Both the position numbers and the translations under genes were made by a program. From assembly GCA_943788985.1 (NCBI GenBank), contig CALSSJ010000038.1, forward strand, positions 1 to 55,272: 55,272 nucleotides of DNA, written 5' to 3'. The notes beneath the pieces are model-generated. The model searched no databases and had not been told where the DNA came from. It saw only the letters and a program-made list of their open reading frames with translations. This document shows, one piece after another, positions 32,201-40,866 of this stretch (the first letter of the stretch is position 1; every line of letters starts with the position of its first letter). The stretch comes from an uncultured Lentisphaerales bacterium. Lineage in GTDB: Bacteria > Verrucomicrobiota > Lentisphaeria > JABSQK01 > UBA12247.

Positions 32201-33837
32201 CCCCCAGCGAAACCATCACCGAAATCCCTGCGGATGTGGCGGGAGGTACACTGGTGCGGATGCCTAAGGCCGGTGGCCCCGTCAGCTTCTCTCTCAACTT
32301 GGCCGCCACCGTGCACATCGCGGCAAGCGCAGCGCCGGACGGCTGCGCCATCACTCCCCACAAGATCCGGACCAGCAGTGGTGCCACTCTCAGTGTATTC
32401 AAGCGCGACGTCCAGCCCGGCAAACTCTCGCTGACGCTCACTGGGCCCCATCAGATCTATGTCGCCAAGACCACCAGCGGAAAGACCACCACCGCCGCCG
32501 TTAAGGCCCTGTTGCCCGAGGCCGACCTCAAGCACGGCGAAGAGATCTTCTTCGGGCGCGGCACCTGCTTTGTGTGCCACAAGGTTCAGGACAGAGGCAT
32601 CGAGATTGGCCCTGGATTGGTCGGCATCTCCCAGCGCCGTGACACCGACTACATCATTAAGTCGATTCTCGAGCCGGATGTCTACATCGTCGAGGGCTAT
32701 CAGCAGACCAGCTTGAAGCTCAAGGACGGCCGTGAACTGTTTGGCATGATCCAGGAAGAAACGGCCCTGTCGATCAAGCTGGCGCTGCTGACCGGAGAAC
32801 TGGTCAGTGTCGAGGTGGCGCAGATTGCCAAGCGCGACGACGCCAAGAATTCCGGAATGCCCAGCAGCTTCATTCACACCCTCAGTTCGCAAGACGTCGC
32901 CGACATTACCGCTTGGATCATGCAGCTCGGCAACACCCCAAAAGCCTCGGGCGCCCCGGGCAGTCTCAGCGTCGATCACGACGAAGAAGCCAAGGCCGTC
33001 GCCATCTTGATCGACGGCCAACTCTTTACCGAGTATCGCTATGGTAATAAGGGCAAGCCCATTCTCTATCCGGTGATTGGCCCGCACGGCATTGCGATGA
33101 CTCGCCACCACCCGATGAAGAAGGGCGTGGCCGGCGAAGCCTTGGACCATCCGCATCATCAGTCCATCCACTACAATCACCCCGTCAACGGCCACGACTT
33201 CTGGCACGGCAGGCGAGGCGCCTACATTCGCAACGACGCCATCAACTCCGTGAGCGCGACCGCCGCTGAAGCCGTCATCATCAGCGACAACAGCTGGATT
33301 GCAGGCAGTGGTGAGCGCATTCTCACGGATACCACCGAGATTCGTGCCGGCATCACCGACGGCGGCCGCTACATCGACTACCAGATCACCGTAAAAGCGA
33401 CGGACGGGAACATTCGCTTCGAAGAAACCAAGGAAGGCACCATGTCCATACGCACGCATCCGGCGCTGCGCCTGAAGGGCACCGTCGCCAAAGGCCAAGC
33501 CATCAATAGCGAGGGCGTCACCGGCAAAGCCATCTGGGGCAAACAAGCCAAGTGGGTCGACTACTGGGGCCCCATTGAGGGCAAGAACGTCGGCATCGCC
33601 ATCTTCGATCACCCGGCCAACCCGCGTCACCCCACCACCTGGCATGCGCGCGACTACGGCCTCATCGCCGCCAATCCGTTCGGCAAGCGATTCTTCAAGG
33701 CCGGGCAAGGCGCCATGACCATCAAGAGCGGTGACACCGCCACATTCCGCTATCGCTTCTACTTCCACGCTGGGAGCCACGAGCAAGCCGATATCCCAGC
33801 TAAGTACCAGGCGTGGTCTGCTGCCACGGAACTCTAG
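29245..33837 (+). CDS. PVC-type heme-binding CxxCH dehydrogenase-like protein (propeller, HEAT, FN3-like, cytochrome c, PmoA/DUF6807-like domains)
   Basis: FAKEP, DDDGDGVAE, WGPDGWLY, GMRNPW, FRPTDIEIGPDGALY; HEAT repeats; YTTDGSVPT; CFVCH at 32566-32580; KPILYPVIGP...DHPHH...WHARDYGL. Confidence 0.88.
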   Translation: MHRIWIILLLGITLAETTRAQVDTDALPTVEAGFAINFFAKEPHIINPSALCFDRQGRLFVGAGPQYRNPKPDSPTDYIKILIDDDGDGVAETVKTFADGFNSIQSLAWRGEELWVANSPDLTVLRDTDGDDVADEYQLIYTGLNNLRHGLHGFNWGPDGWLYMAIGNTWVKPNAPKPFRDIQRLKSSDKTKYPLTKVYSRNTYPKSYHSLKRKEKEGGIFRCRPGGQDLELFARGMRNPWDMCMDDGFNWLATDNDPGPQGDRIFMPIRHGHYSMRHPWKFDWNGKHPAVAPVADLFPTVSGSGTGVAFYNSANFPEAYRGTYLIADWTQSCIYWYQPKWEGAHQVPAAKKKQLVSSSGGFKDLQWQGGEGRALFRPTDIEIGPDGALYIAGWGSVYGTEYVPKSEWTAEENAKYQGRVFRFRHTDPLVARNTWDTPKRRKPLADWSYDELLADLGAQLPVWRVDAQDELIRRGAPVREQLLTSLKSDRISEMQATWAIWAVGRIEQTANSDHATLKALAADAALNQRIQAARILGAHEVASAESLLIRLLDDAEPRVRHAAIEALGALGWSEQTRPAILAALADETDRVCAYSAWQIMRRQLAVADRRALLDDPRPGIRRMAALGLAEEGNKDIIAMIPAYLAGDRVLPSTDAKLSAKVSLNAKDLAFREKTTVTVSSTMPRYQPATLLRVDLGCADDPVHEPGWIPWELSRRSQVLKATKTFDFEAAQNAKTTVTLETTTPGQARNYGLRKVTNAAKLPLANVWRDQVFFNNNTNGSMTLTFNDLSAGNYRFTGYGFANNLTAGSKFNDEGNARVVINEQQTAQTATFVSGHGSKLIREAITAAELHTHARTSFDFTVAEDTKPVRISFQDLVSGDTFGLNGFELAAFNLQPSVGPPVHYTTDGSVPTAQSPQVTGPLSIRKTAVVKAAAFVDNARVSEIAELQLRLISDSEWKDRLFVTDLSNGAEVLVDGAQRGVRAYADTPSETITEIPADVAGGTLVRMPKAGGPVSFSLNLAATVHIAASAAPDGCAITPHKIRTSSGATLSVFKRDVQPGKLSLTLTGPHQIYVAKTTSGKTTTAAVKALLPEADLKHGEEIFFGRGTCFVCHKVQDRGIEIGPGLVGISQRRDTDYIIKSILEPDVYIVEGYQQTSLKLKDGRELFGMIQEETALSIKLALLTGELVSVEVAQIAKRDDAKNSGMPSSFIHTLSSQDVADITAWIMQLGNTPKASGAPGSLSVDHDEEAKAVAILIDGQLFTEYRYGNKGKPILYPVIGPHGIAMTRHHPMKKGVAGEALDHPHHQSIHYNHPVNGHDFWHGRRGAYIRNDAINSVSATAAEAVIISDNSWIAGSGERILTDTTEIRAGITDGGRYIDYQITVKATDGNIRFEETKEGTMSIRTHPALRLKGTVAKGQAINSEGVTGKAIWGKQAKWVDYWGPIEGKNVGIAIFDHPANPRHPTTWHARDYGLIAANPFGKRFFKAGQGAMTIKSGDTATFRYRFYFHAGSHEQADIPAKYQAWSAATEL

Positions 33838-33889
33838 TTTATTCCCCTATTTTAACGCCAGCCATCCCCGAAAAAAGGACCAGACTCCC

Positions 33890-34252
33890 ATGAGCACCCC
33901 AACCGATACCCCCGGTCTGTACGTACGTCACGAATCCGATGCGGCTACCGAGCGCAGTTCCTGTGGCTGGCGCTACCGCCTGATCAGTGAAGGTGACGAA
34001 CAGGTCCAGGCATGGGCGCACTCCGTCGACATCGACGACAGTAGAGCGCACTACCACAAGCTAGGCACCGAACTCTATTACGTCGTCGAAGGTGAAGGCA
34101 TCCTGATCCTCGATGGCGTCGAGCATCCGATCAAACAGGGCTCCTTCGCCCATATCCCACCGGGAGTCGTCCATAATTCCAAAGGTCGCATGAAAGTCCT
34201 CGTCGTCGGCATCCCGACCATTGATGACGACGATCTCTATTATCCAGAGTAA
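33890..34252 (+). CDS. Cupin domain protein
   Basis: HYHKLGTELYYVVEGEG and IPPGVVH cupin motifs. Confidence 0.85.
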   Translation: MSTPTDTPGLYVRHESDAATERSSCGWRYRLISEGDEQVQAWAHSVDIDDSRAHYHKLGTELYYVVEGEGILILDGVEHPIKQGSFAHIPPGVVHNSKGRMKVLVVGIPTIDDDDLYYPE

Positions 34253-34278
34253 AAACTGACCAGCATCTTGGTCCCGCT

Positions 34279-34537
34279 GCGGGAAGTAATTTGACTCTTG
34301 ACTCCCGACTCTTGACTCTTGCGCTGACTCTCTGACCGGATGACTCACTGACAGTCAAGGCGTCAAAGAGTCACCTCGTCAATCCAAGAGTCAAAAGTCA
34401 GGAGTCAAGAGTCCCACAAAGACCCCAGCGTAGTCTCGCGGCCGAGGCCGCGGGAAGCAATTTGACTCTTGACTCCCGACTCTTGACTCTTGCGCTGACT
34501 CTCTGACCAGATTACTCCCTGACGGTAAAGGCGTCAA
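34279..34537. repeat. Left array: ~1.5 copies of the 171-bp palindromic unit
   Basis: Unit landmarks at 34344 and 34515; same sequence as the right array. Confidence 0.92.
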
Positions 34538-34574
34538 TCCTATCATCTGATGCGAGGCGTGATATCGTGCCCTC

Positions 34575-35297
34575 ATGCCTACCATTTATCACAACAGCGG
34601 CGGCTACCGAAAGCTCCACTCTTTCAGCTTTGCCAGCATCGTGCACCTTGGCACGATTGACTTTTGCAAGCGCTTCATCCACTGGAAACAGGACCCGCTG
34701 GGCAAGACAGTCGGACAGATGGTGGGGGCCTCTCGCTCGGGTAAGCAGAACATCATCGAGGGTTCAGAACGCGCTAAGACATCGGCAGAAACTGAGATCA
34801 AGCTAACCGACGTCGCCAAAGCCAGCTTCGGGGAACTTCAGGGCGACTTCGAAGACTTCCTTCTCTCTCATGGTCAGATCCCTTGGAGCATTAAGGAGCC
34901 GAGACACCAAGCCATCATGGCCGTGATGCTGGATCAGTTCGTCTACACAGATGACGTGCTCCATGACTACTGGACGTTCCTGCTGGGCCAGAAGGCGAAG
35001 TTCGATCCCTGGCTAAACGACGACGACCCGGTGACGGTTGCAAACGCGATGATTCTTTTGCTCTGGCGAACAACAGGCCTCCTGACCCGCCAGCTCGCTG
35101 AATTGGAACGCGCGTTTCTTGAACGAGGTGGCATCCGCGAGAAAATGACCAGCGCCCGCCAGCAAGCCCGTGCAGTGCCAGAGGGTCCTTTATGCCCGCA
35201 GTGCGAGGCACCGATGCGCAAGCGCAACAGCTCCCGCGGTCCGTTCTGGGGCTGCGGCACCTACCCAGCCTGCAAGGGTACCAGAGCTGTTGAGTAG
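34575..35297 (+). CDS. Four helix bundle protein with suffix domain (TIGR02436 + TIGR04258 type) and topoisomerase-type C4 zinc finger
   Basis: GGYRKL, QMVGASRSGKQNIIEGS, EIKLTDVAKASFGELQGDFEDFL, FLERGGIREKM and CPQC...GPFWGCGTYPACKG. Confidence 0.88.
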   Translation: MPTIYHNSGGYRKLHSFSFASIVHLGTIDFCKRFIHWKQDPLGKTVGQMVGASRSGKQNIIEGSERAKTSAETEIKLTDVAKASFGELQGDFEDFLLSHGQIPWSIKEPRHQAIMAVMLDQFVYTDDVLHDYWTFLLGQKAKFDPWLNDDDPVTVANAMILLLWRTTGLLTRQLAELERAFLERGGIREKMTSARQQARAVPEGPLCPQCEAPMRKRNSSRGPFWGCGTYPACKGTRAVE

Positions 35298-35341
35298 GCG
35301 ACATGCCCCGACCGAGCCCGAGGTGTGAGAAGGACTCTTGC

Positions 35342-36100
35342 CTCCCTGACAGTCAAGGCGTCAAAGAGTCACCTCGTCACAATCCAAGAGTCAAAAGTCA
35401 AGCGTCAAGAGTCCCACAAAGCCCCCAGCGTAGTCTCGCGGCTCCGGCCGCGGGAAGCAATCTGACTCTTGACTCCCGACTCTTGACTCTTGCGCTGACT
35501 CTCTGACCAGATGACTCCCTGACAGTCAAGGCGTCAAAGAGTCACCTCGTCAATCCAAGAGTCAAAAGTCAAGCGTCAAGAGTCCCACAAAGCCCCCAGC
35601 GTAGTCTCGCGGCCGAGGCCGCGGGAAGCAATTTGACTCTTGACTCCCGACTCTTGACTCTTGCGCTGACTCTCTGACCAGATGACTCCCTGACAGTCAA
35701 GGCGTCAAAGAGTCACCTCGTCAATCCAAGAGTCAAAAGTCAAGCGTCAAGAGTCCCACAAAGCCCCCGGCGTAGTCTCGCGGCCCCGGCCGCGGGAAGC
35801 AATTTGACTCTTGACTCCCGACTCTTGACTCTTGCGCTGACTCTCTGACCAGATGACTGCCTGACAGTCAAGGCGTCAAAGAGTCACCTCGTCAATCCGA
35901 GGGTCAAAAGTCAAGCGTCAAGAGTCCCACAAAGCCCCCAGCGTAGTCCTCGCGGCCCCGGCCGCGGGAAGCAATTTTGACTCTTGACTCCCGACTCTTG
36001 ACTCTTGCGCTGACTCTCTGACCGGATGACTCCCTGACAGTCAAGGCGTCAACGAGTCACTGCGTCAATCCAAGAGTCAAAAGTCAGAAGTCAAGAGTCC
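35342..36100. repeat. Right array: four full plus one partial copy of the 171-173-bp palindromic unit
   Basis: Unit starts at 35342, 35515, 35686, 35857 and 36030; each full unit has (CAAGAGT)4-like / (ACTCTTG)4-like arms around a CGCGGC-N4-GCCGCG hairpin. Confidence 0.95.
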
Positions 36101-36783
36101 CGAACCACAGTTGCGAGCCACTGGCGAGCATGGCTGATGGCGAGTTCGAGGGCTTGGCCTTGGGCCAGGTGAGCGGCGATGGCTGCCGAAAGCAAGCAGC
36201 CGCTGCCGTGTATCGCTTCCACCGGCCAGGTCAGGGGCGGGAAGATTGAGCGCTCTCCGCCACGATACAGGATGTCTTCCCCTGGCCGGTCTTCACGATG
36301 ACCACCGGTGAGGAGCGTAGCACAGGAGAAGGAGGCGGCAGCCCCCAGGATCTGAGCTTCGGCCAGGTTGGGGGTGATCAGGGTTGCGGAGTCCGCAAGT
36401 GCGCGGTAGGCGTCGAGCCCCGAGGCTTCGCAGAGGGCGGGGCCGGCGCTAGCGCTCAACACCGGATCGATTACGAAGGGAATGTCGGGAAAGAGCTGCT
36501 CGCGGGCGGAAAGGACTGCTCGAACGATGGCCTCGGTGCCCAACATCCCAGTTTTGACAGCGGCCACAGGGTAGGCGTCGCAAGCGGCCTGGATTTGCTG
36601 GCTGACAAGGTCTGCCGTCAAGGCGTGTATCGTCCGGACTTCGCAAGGGGTCTGCACGGTGACGGCGGTAAGAGCGGTGGCACCGAAAACGCCGAGGCCA
36701 TGAAAGGCACGCAGGTCTGCCTGAATGCCAGCACCGCCGCAGCTGTCGCTGCCGGCGATGGTGAGTACGACAGGCTGCGTCAT
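36091..36783 (-). CDS. thiD: Hydroxymethylpyrimidine/phosphomethylpyrimidine kinase
   Basis: LTIAGSDSCGGAGIQADL, VKTGML, IDPV, ITPNLAEA and HGSGC. Confidence 0.88.
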   Translation of the reverse strand: MTQPVVLTIAGSDSCGGAGIQADLRAFHGLGVFGATALTAVTVQTPCEVRTIHALTADLVSQQIQAACDAYPVAAVKTGMLGTEAIVRAVLSAREQLFPDIPFVIDPVLSASAGPALCEASGLDAYRALADSATLITPNLAEAQILGAAASFSCATLLTGGHREDRPGEDILYRGGERSIFPPLTWPVEAIHGSGCLLSAAIAAHLAQGQALELAISHARQWLATVVRDS

Positions 36784-37532
36784 CGGACGTTCTCGGGATG
36801 GCTGTAGACGGTGGCACGGTCGTCGCGGCAAAAGCCGATGACGGTAATGCCTAGGCGGGCAGCTGTTTCAATAGCCAGCGTGGTGGGTGCGGAGACCGCA
36901 AGCAACAGGGAAACGCCAAGCCGGTAGACCTTGGTCACAATCTCGTAGGAGACGCGACCACTGACGAGTAGGGCGTCAACCCCCTGCCCTGCTCGGAGCG
37001 CCTGGCCCACGATCTTGTCGACGGCATTGTGGCGGCCGACGTCCTCGGCCAGAAAGGCGATGCGCTCGCCAATCACGGCGGCCGCGGCATGCACCCCGCC
37101 GGTGGCAGCAAACTGGGGTTGCGAACTCCGCAACGCCACGAGCAGCGATGGCACTGCGGACGTCGCAAATTGCGAACTCCGCAACGGCAAAGGCTCGCCT
37201 TCGATCGGCGTAAAGGTGCGCTGTCCGCACAGTCCGCAGGAGCTGTTGATTGCGAGCGTGCGGCGCTCGAGTAGTTCTTTGCAAATGTAGACGTCTGGAA
37301 GCTCAACATGGGCAGTGTGCCCATCCGGAAGGGTAATCTGGCCGAGGCCATCGATCATGGTGGCGACGCCCTCGGTGTGCAGCAGTCCGCGGACCAGATC
37401 TTCGTCCTCGCCGGGAGTGCGCATGGTGACGGCGAACGACTGCTGGTTCAGCAGGATTTGGAGCGGTGCTTCTCGGCCGAGTTGCTCGTCTGATTCGGAC
37501 CACACGCCGGCCTGCCAGCGTCGTGCTTTCAC
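36780..37532 (-). CDS. fdhD: FdhD/NarQ sulfur-transfer accessory protein
   Basis: TMRTPG, SSCGLCG, TGGVHAAA, EDVGRHNAVDK, SGRVSYE and SAPT. Confidence 0.9.
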   Translation of the reverse strand: MKARRWQAGVWSESDEQLGREAPLQILLNQQSFAVTMRTPGEDEDLVRGLLHTEGVATMIDGLGQITLPDGHTAHVELPDVYICKELLERRTLAINSSCGLCGQRTFTPIEGEPLPLRSSQFATSAVPSLLVALRSSQPQFAATGGVHAAAAVIGERIAFLAEDVGRHNAVDKIVGQALRAGQGVDALLVSGRVSYEIVTKVYRLGVSLLLAVSAPTTLAIETAARLGITVIGFCRDDRATVYSHPENVR

Positions 37533-38848
37533 GGCAGGAAATCGAGACGGTTGCCGACCCGCTGGATGGCGTCCCGGGTGATCTCGCTGAGGCAAATGAT
37601 ATCGTCCTGGCTGATATTCAGGGGCGGGAGCCAGTACAGAGTGTTTCCGATTGGCCTCAGGAGCGCACCGAGGCGCGTGGCTTCCTGATAGATCTGGTAG
37701 CCGATTCTCTGGTCTTGCAGCTGCTCGGGAAGGATCAGGTCGGTGGCAATGAGGCCGCCAATACCGCGAAAGGGGCCAAGGCAGCCGACTGCGTCTGAGA
37801 CGGTCTGGAGGCCGGCGCGCATGCGGGTCTGCAGGGTTGCGGACTCCGCAAATGTCTGCTCGTCACGATAGACGTTGAGGGTCTCGAGGGCGACGGCAAC
37901 GGCAAGTGCGTTGCCGCTGAAGGTGTTGGAGTGCAGGAAGTTGCGGCCGTGGTCGTAGTCGTCGTAGAAGAGCTGGTAGATGGGCTCGCGGGTAAGTACG
38001 GCGGAGAAGGCGAGCCAGCCGGCGGTGAGGCCTTTGGACAGGCAGGCGAAGTCAGGAATGATTCCGGCATGCTCGCAGGCAAGTGCGGTGCCGGTGCGGC
38101 CCATGCCGGTCATGATCTCATCCGCGATGAGGTAGACTTGGTTCTGGTCACACCAGGTACGCAGGGCACGCAGGAGGTCGGGGCTGTAAACGCGCATACC
38201 CGCCGCGCCTTGGACGACGGGTTCGAGGACGATGGCAGCGAGGGTGTCGCGGTGTGGGGCAAGCTGGGCTTCCAGCTGAGGCCACTCTGCGGCGCAGCTG
38301 TGCCAAGCCGGGTCTTCCTGACCGCTGCGAAGCGGAAGGCCGCCCAGGTACGGGACAGCAGGGCAGAGTGAGGCGAAGGGGGCTTTGAAAATTCCCTGGT
38401 CACTGAGCCCCATGCAGAGGGCGGTATCGCCGTGGTAGCCTTGGTCGAGGGCAAGCAGGCCGGTACGGCTGGCGTTTCCGCGCAGGGCCTGGGCCTGAAT
38501 GGCCATTTTTACGGCAATCTCGACGGCGGTGGCACCGTCCCCGGCGTAAAAGACATACTCGAGGCCACAAAGCTCAGTCAGCCTGGTCGACAGCTCCCGG
38601 ATGGGCGCATTGGTGGTGTTGGCAAGAATGACGTGCTCGAACTGCTCGAGCTGGGCGGTAAGCGCCGCCTTCAGGCGTGGGTGCCCGTGGCCGAGGGATT
38701 TACACCACCAGCTGGAGACCGCGTCGAGCAGTCGATGCCCATCGGCAAGCTCGATCCAAGGGCCTTCGGCGGCGACAATATCGAGCGGCTGAAAGGTCTC
38801 GTAGTCCTTCATCTGACTGCATGGATGCCAGATAGGCGACGGATTCAT
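37529..38848 (-). CDS. bioA: Adenosylmethionine-8-amino-7-oxononanoate aminotransferase
   Basis: IWHPCSQM, DAVSSWW, YHGDT, QGAAGM, IADEIMTGMGRTG and SKGLT. Confidence 0.93.
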   Translation of the reverse strand: MNPSPIWHPCSQMKDYETFQPLDIVAAEGPWIELADGHRLLDAVSSWWCKSLGHGHPRLKAALTAQLEQFEHVILANTTNAPIRELSTRLTELCGLEYVFYAGDGATAVEIAVKMAIQAQALRGNASRTGLLALDQGYHGDTALCMGLSDQGIFKAPFASLCPAVPYLGGLPLRSGQEDPAWHSCAAEWPQLEAQLAPHRDTLAAIVLEPVVQGAAGMRVYSPDLLRALRTWCDQNQVYLIADEIMTGMGRTGTALACEHAGIIPDFACLSKGLTAGWLAFSAVLTREPIYQLFYDDYDHGRNFLHSNTFSGNALAVAVALETLNVYRDEQTFAESATLQTRMRAGLQTVSDAVGCLGPFRGIGGLIATDLILPEQLQDQRIGYQIYQEATRLGALLRPIGNTLYWLPPLNISQDDIICLSEITRDAIQRVGNRLDFLP

Positions 38849-38861
38849 GGACGTGGGCTGC

Positions 38862-39962
38862 TCACTTAAGTAGCCCGATGGGGCAGAGAAAGTAGAGCTG
38901 CCCAGGCTTGATGGCAGCGTGCGCGGGAGCGATCAGCTGCTGCAATGACGGGGGGGCAGCCTTGGCACCCAACAGGGAGTCCAACAGACCGGGCATGCTA
39001 CCGTAGCGGACGACGCTGGGATCGTCAAAGCCCGCGAGTTCGGCAGCCTTGTCGATGGCATCTTCAAGATAGCCAAGCTCGTCGACGAGCTTGAGTTCAA
39101 GGGCGCGCGTGCCGGAGAAAACGCCAGCGTCGCCAATCGGCCCTTCGAGAATAGCAGCGACTTCGAGTTCACCGCGACCATCGGCGACGACCTGAGCAAA
39201 CTCAAGAAAGGCTTCGTCGATCATGCCTTGGACCATGGCCGCTTCGCGCTCTGAGCGCTCACGACTCATGTTCATAAAGTCCTTGAGCTCACCGCTTTTG
39301 TAGACTTCGGGCTTGATGTCCCAGCGCTCAAGGAGCTTGCCGTAGTTGATTCCGCCCATGATCACGCCGATACTGCCGGTGAAGGTCAGACGATTGGCAA
39401 TGATGTGGTCGGTGCCGGCAGCGAGGTAGTAGCCGCCGCTAGCACAAACACTGCGCATGCAGCTGACAGTGGGGATTCCGGCTTCACGCAGCTTGAGGAG
39501 TTCGTGGTAGACCTCGTCGGTAGCGGTCATCTCGCCGCCGGGCGTATTGAGGTCGAGAATGACGGCACCAACTTTCTGCTCGCGGGCTTCCTTGAGAAAA
39601 TCGATCAACATTTCGCTGGGGGCCGCGTAGCGCCCGCCTGCTCCATTCTGGATGATACCATGCACAGGAATAATGACGATCTTCTGCTTGCGGTCGCCGA
39701 CCTGAACGTAGCTCTGGTTGACGTCTCGCTGCGGTTTTGTGGTCGCGCGATAAATGGCGTCGGGTGCTGATTTGGCCAGCGAGCCGACGCTGATGGCAAA
39801 AACTACGGTACCGGCGCCAATGAGGCTGAGGAGGATGACGAACACGAGCAGGCACCCACCAAAGAAACCGCGCTTCTTCTTGCGAGGTGGTTGTGGGCGC
39901 ATGGTGGGCGGTTGCGGTGGCGGCAATGGCGGAGTCGGGCGGCTAATTTCTGGGTCACTCAC
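38862..39962 (-). CDS. sppA: Signal peptide peptidase A (S49, 36K type)
   Basis: N-terminal TM helix; NTPGG, ASGGYY, TGSIGVI, KSGELKD and LVDELG. Confidence 0.9.
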   Translation of the reverse strand: MSDPEISRPTPPLPPPQPPTMRPQPPRKKKRGFFGGCLLVFVILLSLIGAGTVVFAISVGSLAKSAPDAIYRATTKPQRDVNQSYVQVGDRKQKIVIIPVHGIIQNGAGGRYAAPSEMLIDFLKEAREQKVGAVILDLNTPGGEMTATDEVYHELLKLREAGIPTVSCMRSVCASGGYYLAAGTDHIIANRLTFTGSIGVIMGGINYGKLLERWDIKPEVYKSGELKDFMNMSRERSEREAAMVQGMIDEAFLEFAQVVADGRGELEVAAILEGPIGDAGVFSGTRALELKLVDELGYLEDAIDKAAELAGFDDPSVVRYGSMPGLLDSLLGAKAAPPSLQQLIAPAHAAIKPGQLYFLCPIGLLK

Positions 39963-40866
39963 GGGGAATCAATTCCTGTAGAAAGGCCAGAACCACATTG
40001 CCAACGATGGCCATGCTGTCCGGACTAATTTTATCCAAAGTATCTTCCGACGTATGCCAAAACGAATTGTTCGGGCCGTAGGAAAAATCGATGATGTCTA
40101 GGGCGGGAACGCCCCGTTCAAAGAAGGGGACGTGGTCGTCAAGGATACGGCGACCCGAGAAAAAGCCAAAATGGCTGGCGACTCCCTGGGCTTCTGCAGT
40201 TTTGAAGATCTGGGCCAGGAGCTTGGAGTCGCAGTTGCTGGGGAAGGTAATAGTGAGATCTTTGTCGCCGATCATGTCGAGCAGGATCATGGCGCGGCAG
40301 GACTCGAGCTCGCCGGATGCTTCGAGCGTGGAGGCCATGCGTTTGCTGCCGTGGAGGCCGTCGTGCTCGCCATAGCGGACACGGCACTCCTCGCCGTCGA
40401 ACCAGACAAAGCGCATGGGCGGGCCGCCCCAGTTCTCCGCGCTTGAGATGACGCGCAGCAACTCGAGCAACAGCCCACTACTGGAGGCGCTGTCGTTGGC
40501 ACCCACAAAGTTGGGGACGGAATGCAGCAGCTTGGTGTCATAATGGCTGGCAAGGATCACATAGCGATCACCATGGCCTGGAGTTTGGGCGTGAACGTTG
40601 CGGTAGGTAGTCTCGCCTTCCTGCCATTGGTCAATGCTGGCCTGAATGCCCAGCATTTTGGACGTGGATACGAGGTAGTCCACGGTTCGTGTGGCACCCG
40701 GTGAGTCGCTGTGACGCGCACCAAAGTCGATCATGGCCTGCGCGTGGGAGAAGGCGGCGGCGGGGTCTACGGCCAGCGAGACTGCAGGCGGTGGCGGCTC
40801 CGTGGCTTTGCGATCTCCGCAACTGACGAGCAGAAGGAGTAGGATGCTAAGGGCACAGGCTTTCAC
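39955..40866 (-). CDS. M28 peptidase / glutaminyl cyclase-like lipoprotein
   Basis: Lipobox LVSC; SHYDTK, GANDSASS, FDGEE, LLDMIGD, DDHVPF and WHT. Confidence 0.88.
   Translation of the reverse strand: MKACALSILLLLLVSCGDRKATEPPPPAVSLAVDPAAAFSHAQAMIDFGARHSDSPGATRTVDYLVSTSKMLGIQASIDQWQEGETTYRNVHAQTPGHGDRYVILASHYDTKLLHSVPNFVGANDSASSSGLLLELLRVISSAENWGGPPMRFVWFDGEECRVRYGEHDGLHGSKRMASTLEASGELESCRAMILLDMIGDKDLTITFPSNCDSKLLAQIFKTAEAQGVASHFGFFSGRRILDDHVPFFERGVPALDIIDFSYGPNNSFWHTSEDTLDKISPDSMAIVGNVVLAFLQELIPRE

Noticed and set aside
31867..33786. Long antisense ORFs (also 17887-18951, 41582-42772, 43369-44808, 2977-3846)
   Set aside because: Shadows of high-GC coding genes on the opposite strand, with no recognisable motifs.
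32960..33837. Particulate methane monooxygenase
   Set aside because: Soluble domain of the misleadingly named PmoA-like family; no TM helices and no pmoBC.
34575..35297. 23S rRNA intervening sequence, DGR or topoisomerase gene
   Set aside because: No rRNA, reverse transcriptase or TR/VR pair in the window; only the small zinc finger resembles topoisomerase I.
34279..36100. CRISPR array
   Set aside because: Whole 171-bp units repeat with no unique spacers, and there are no cas genes.
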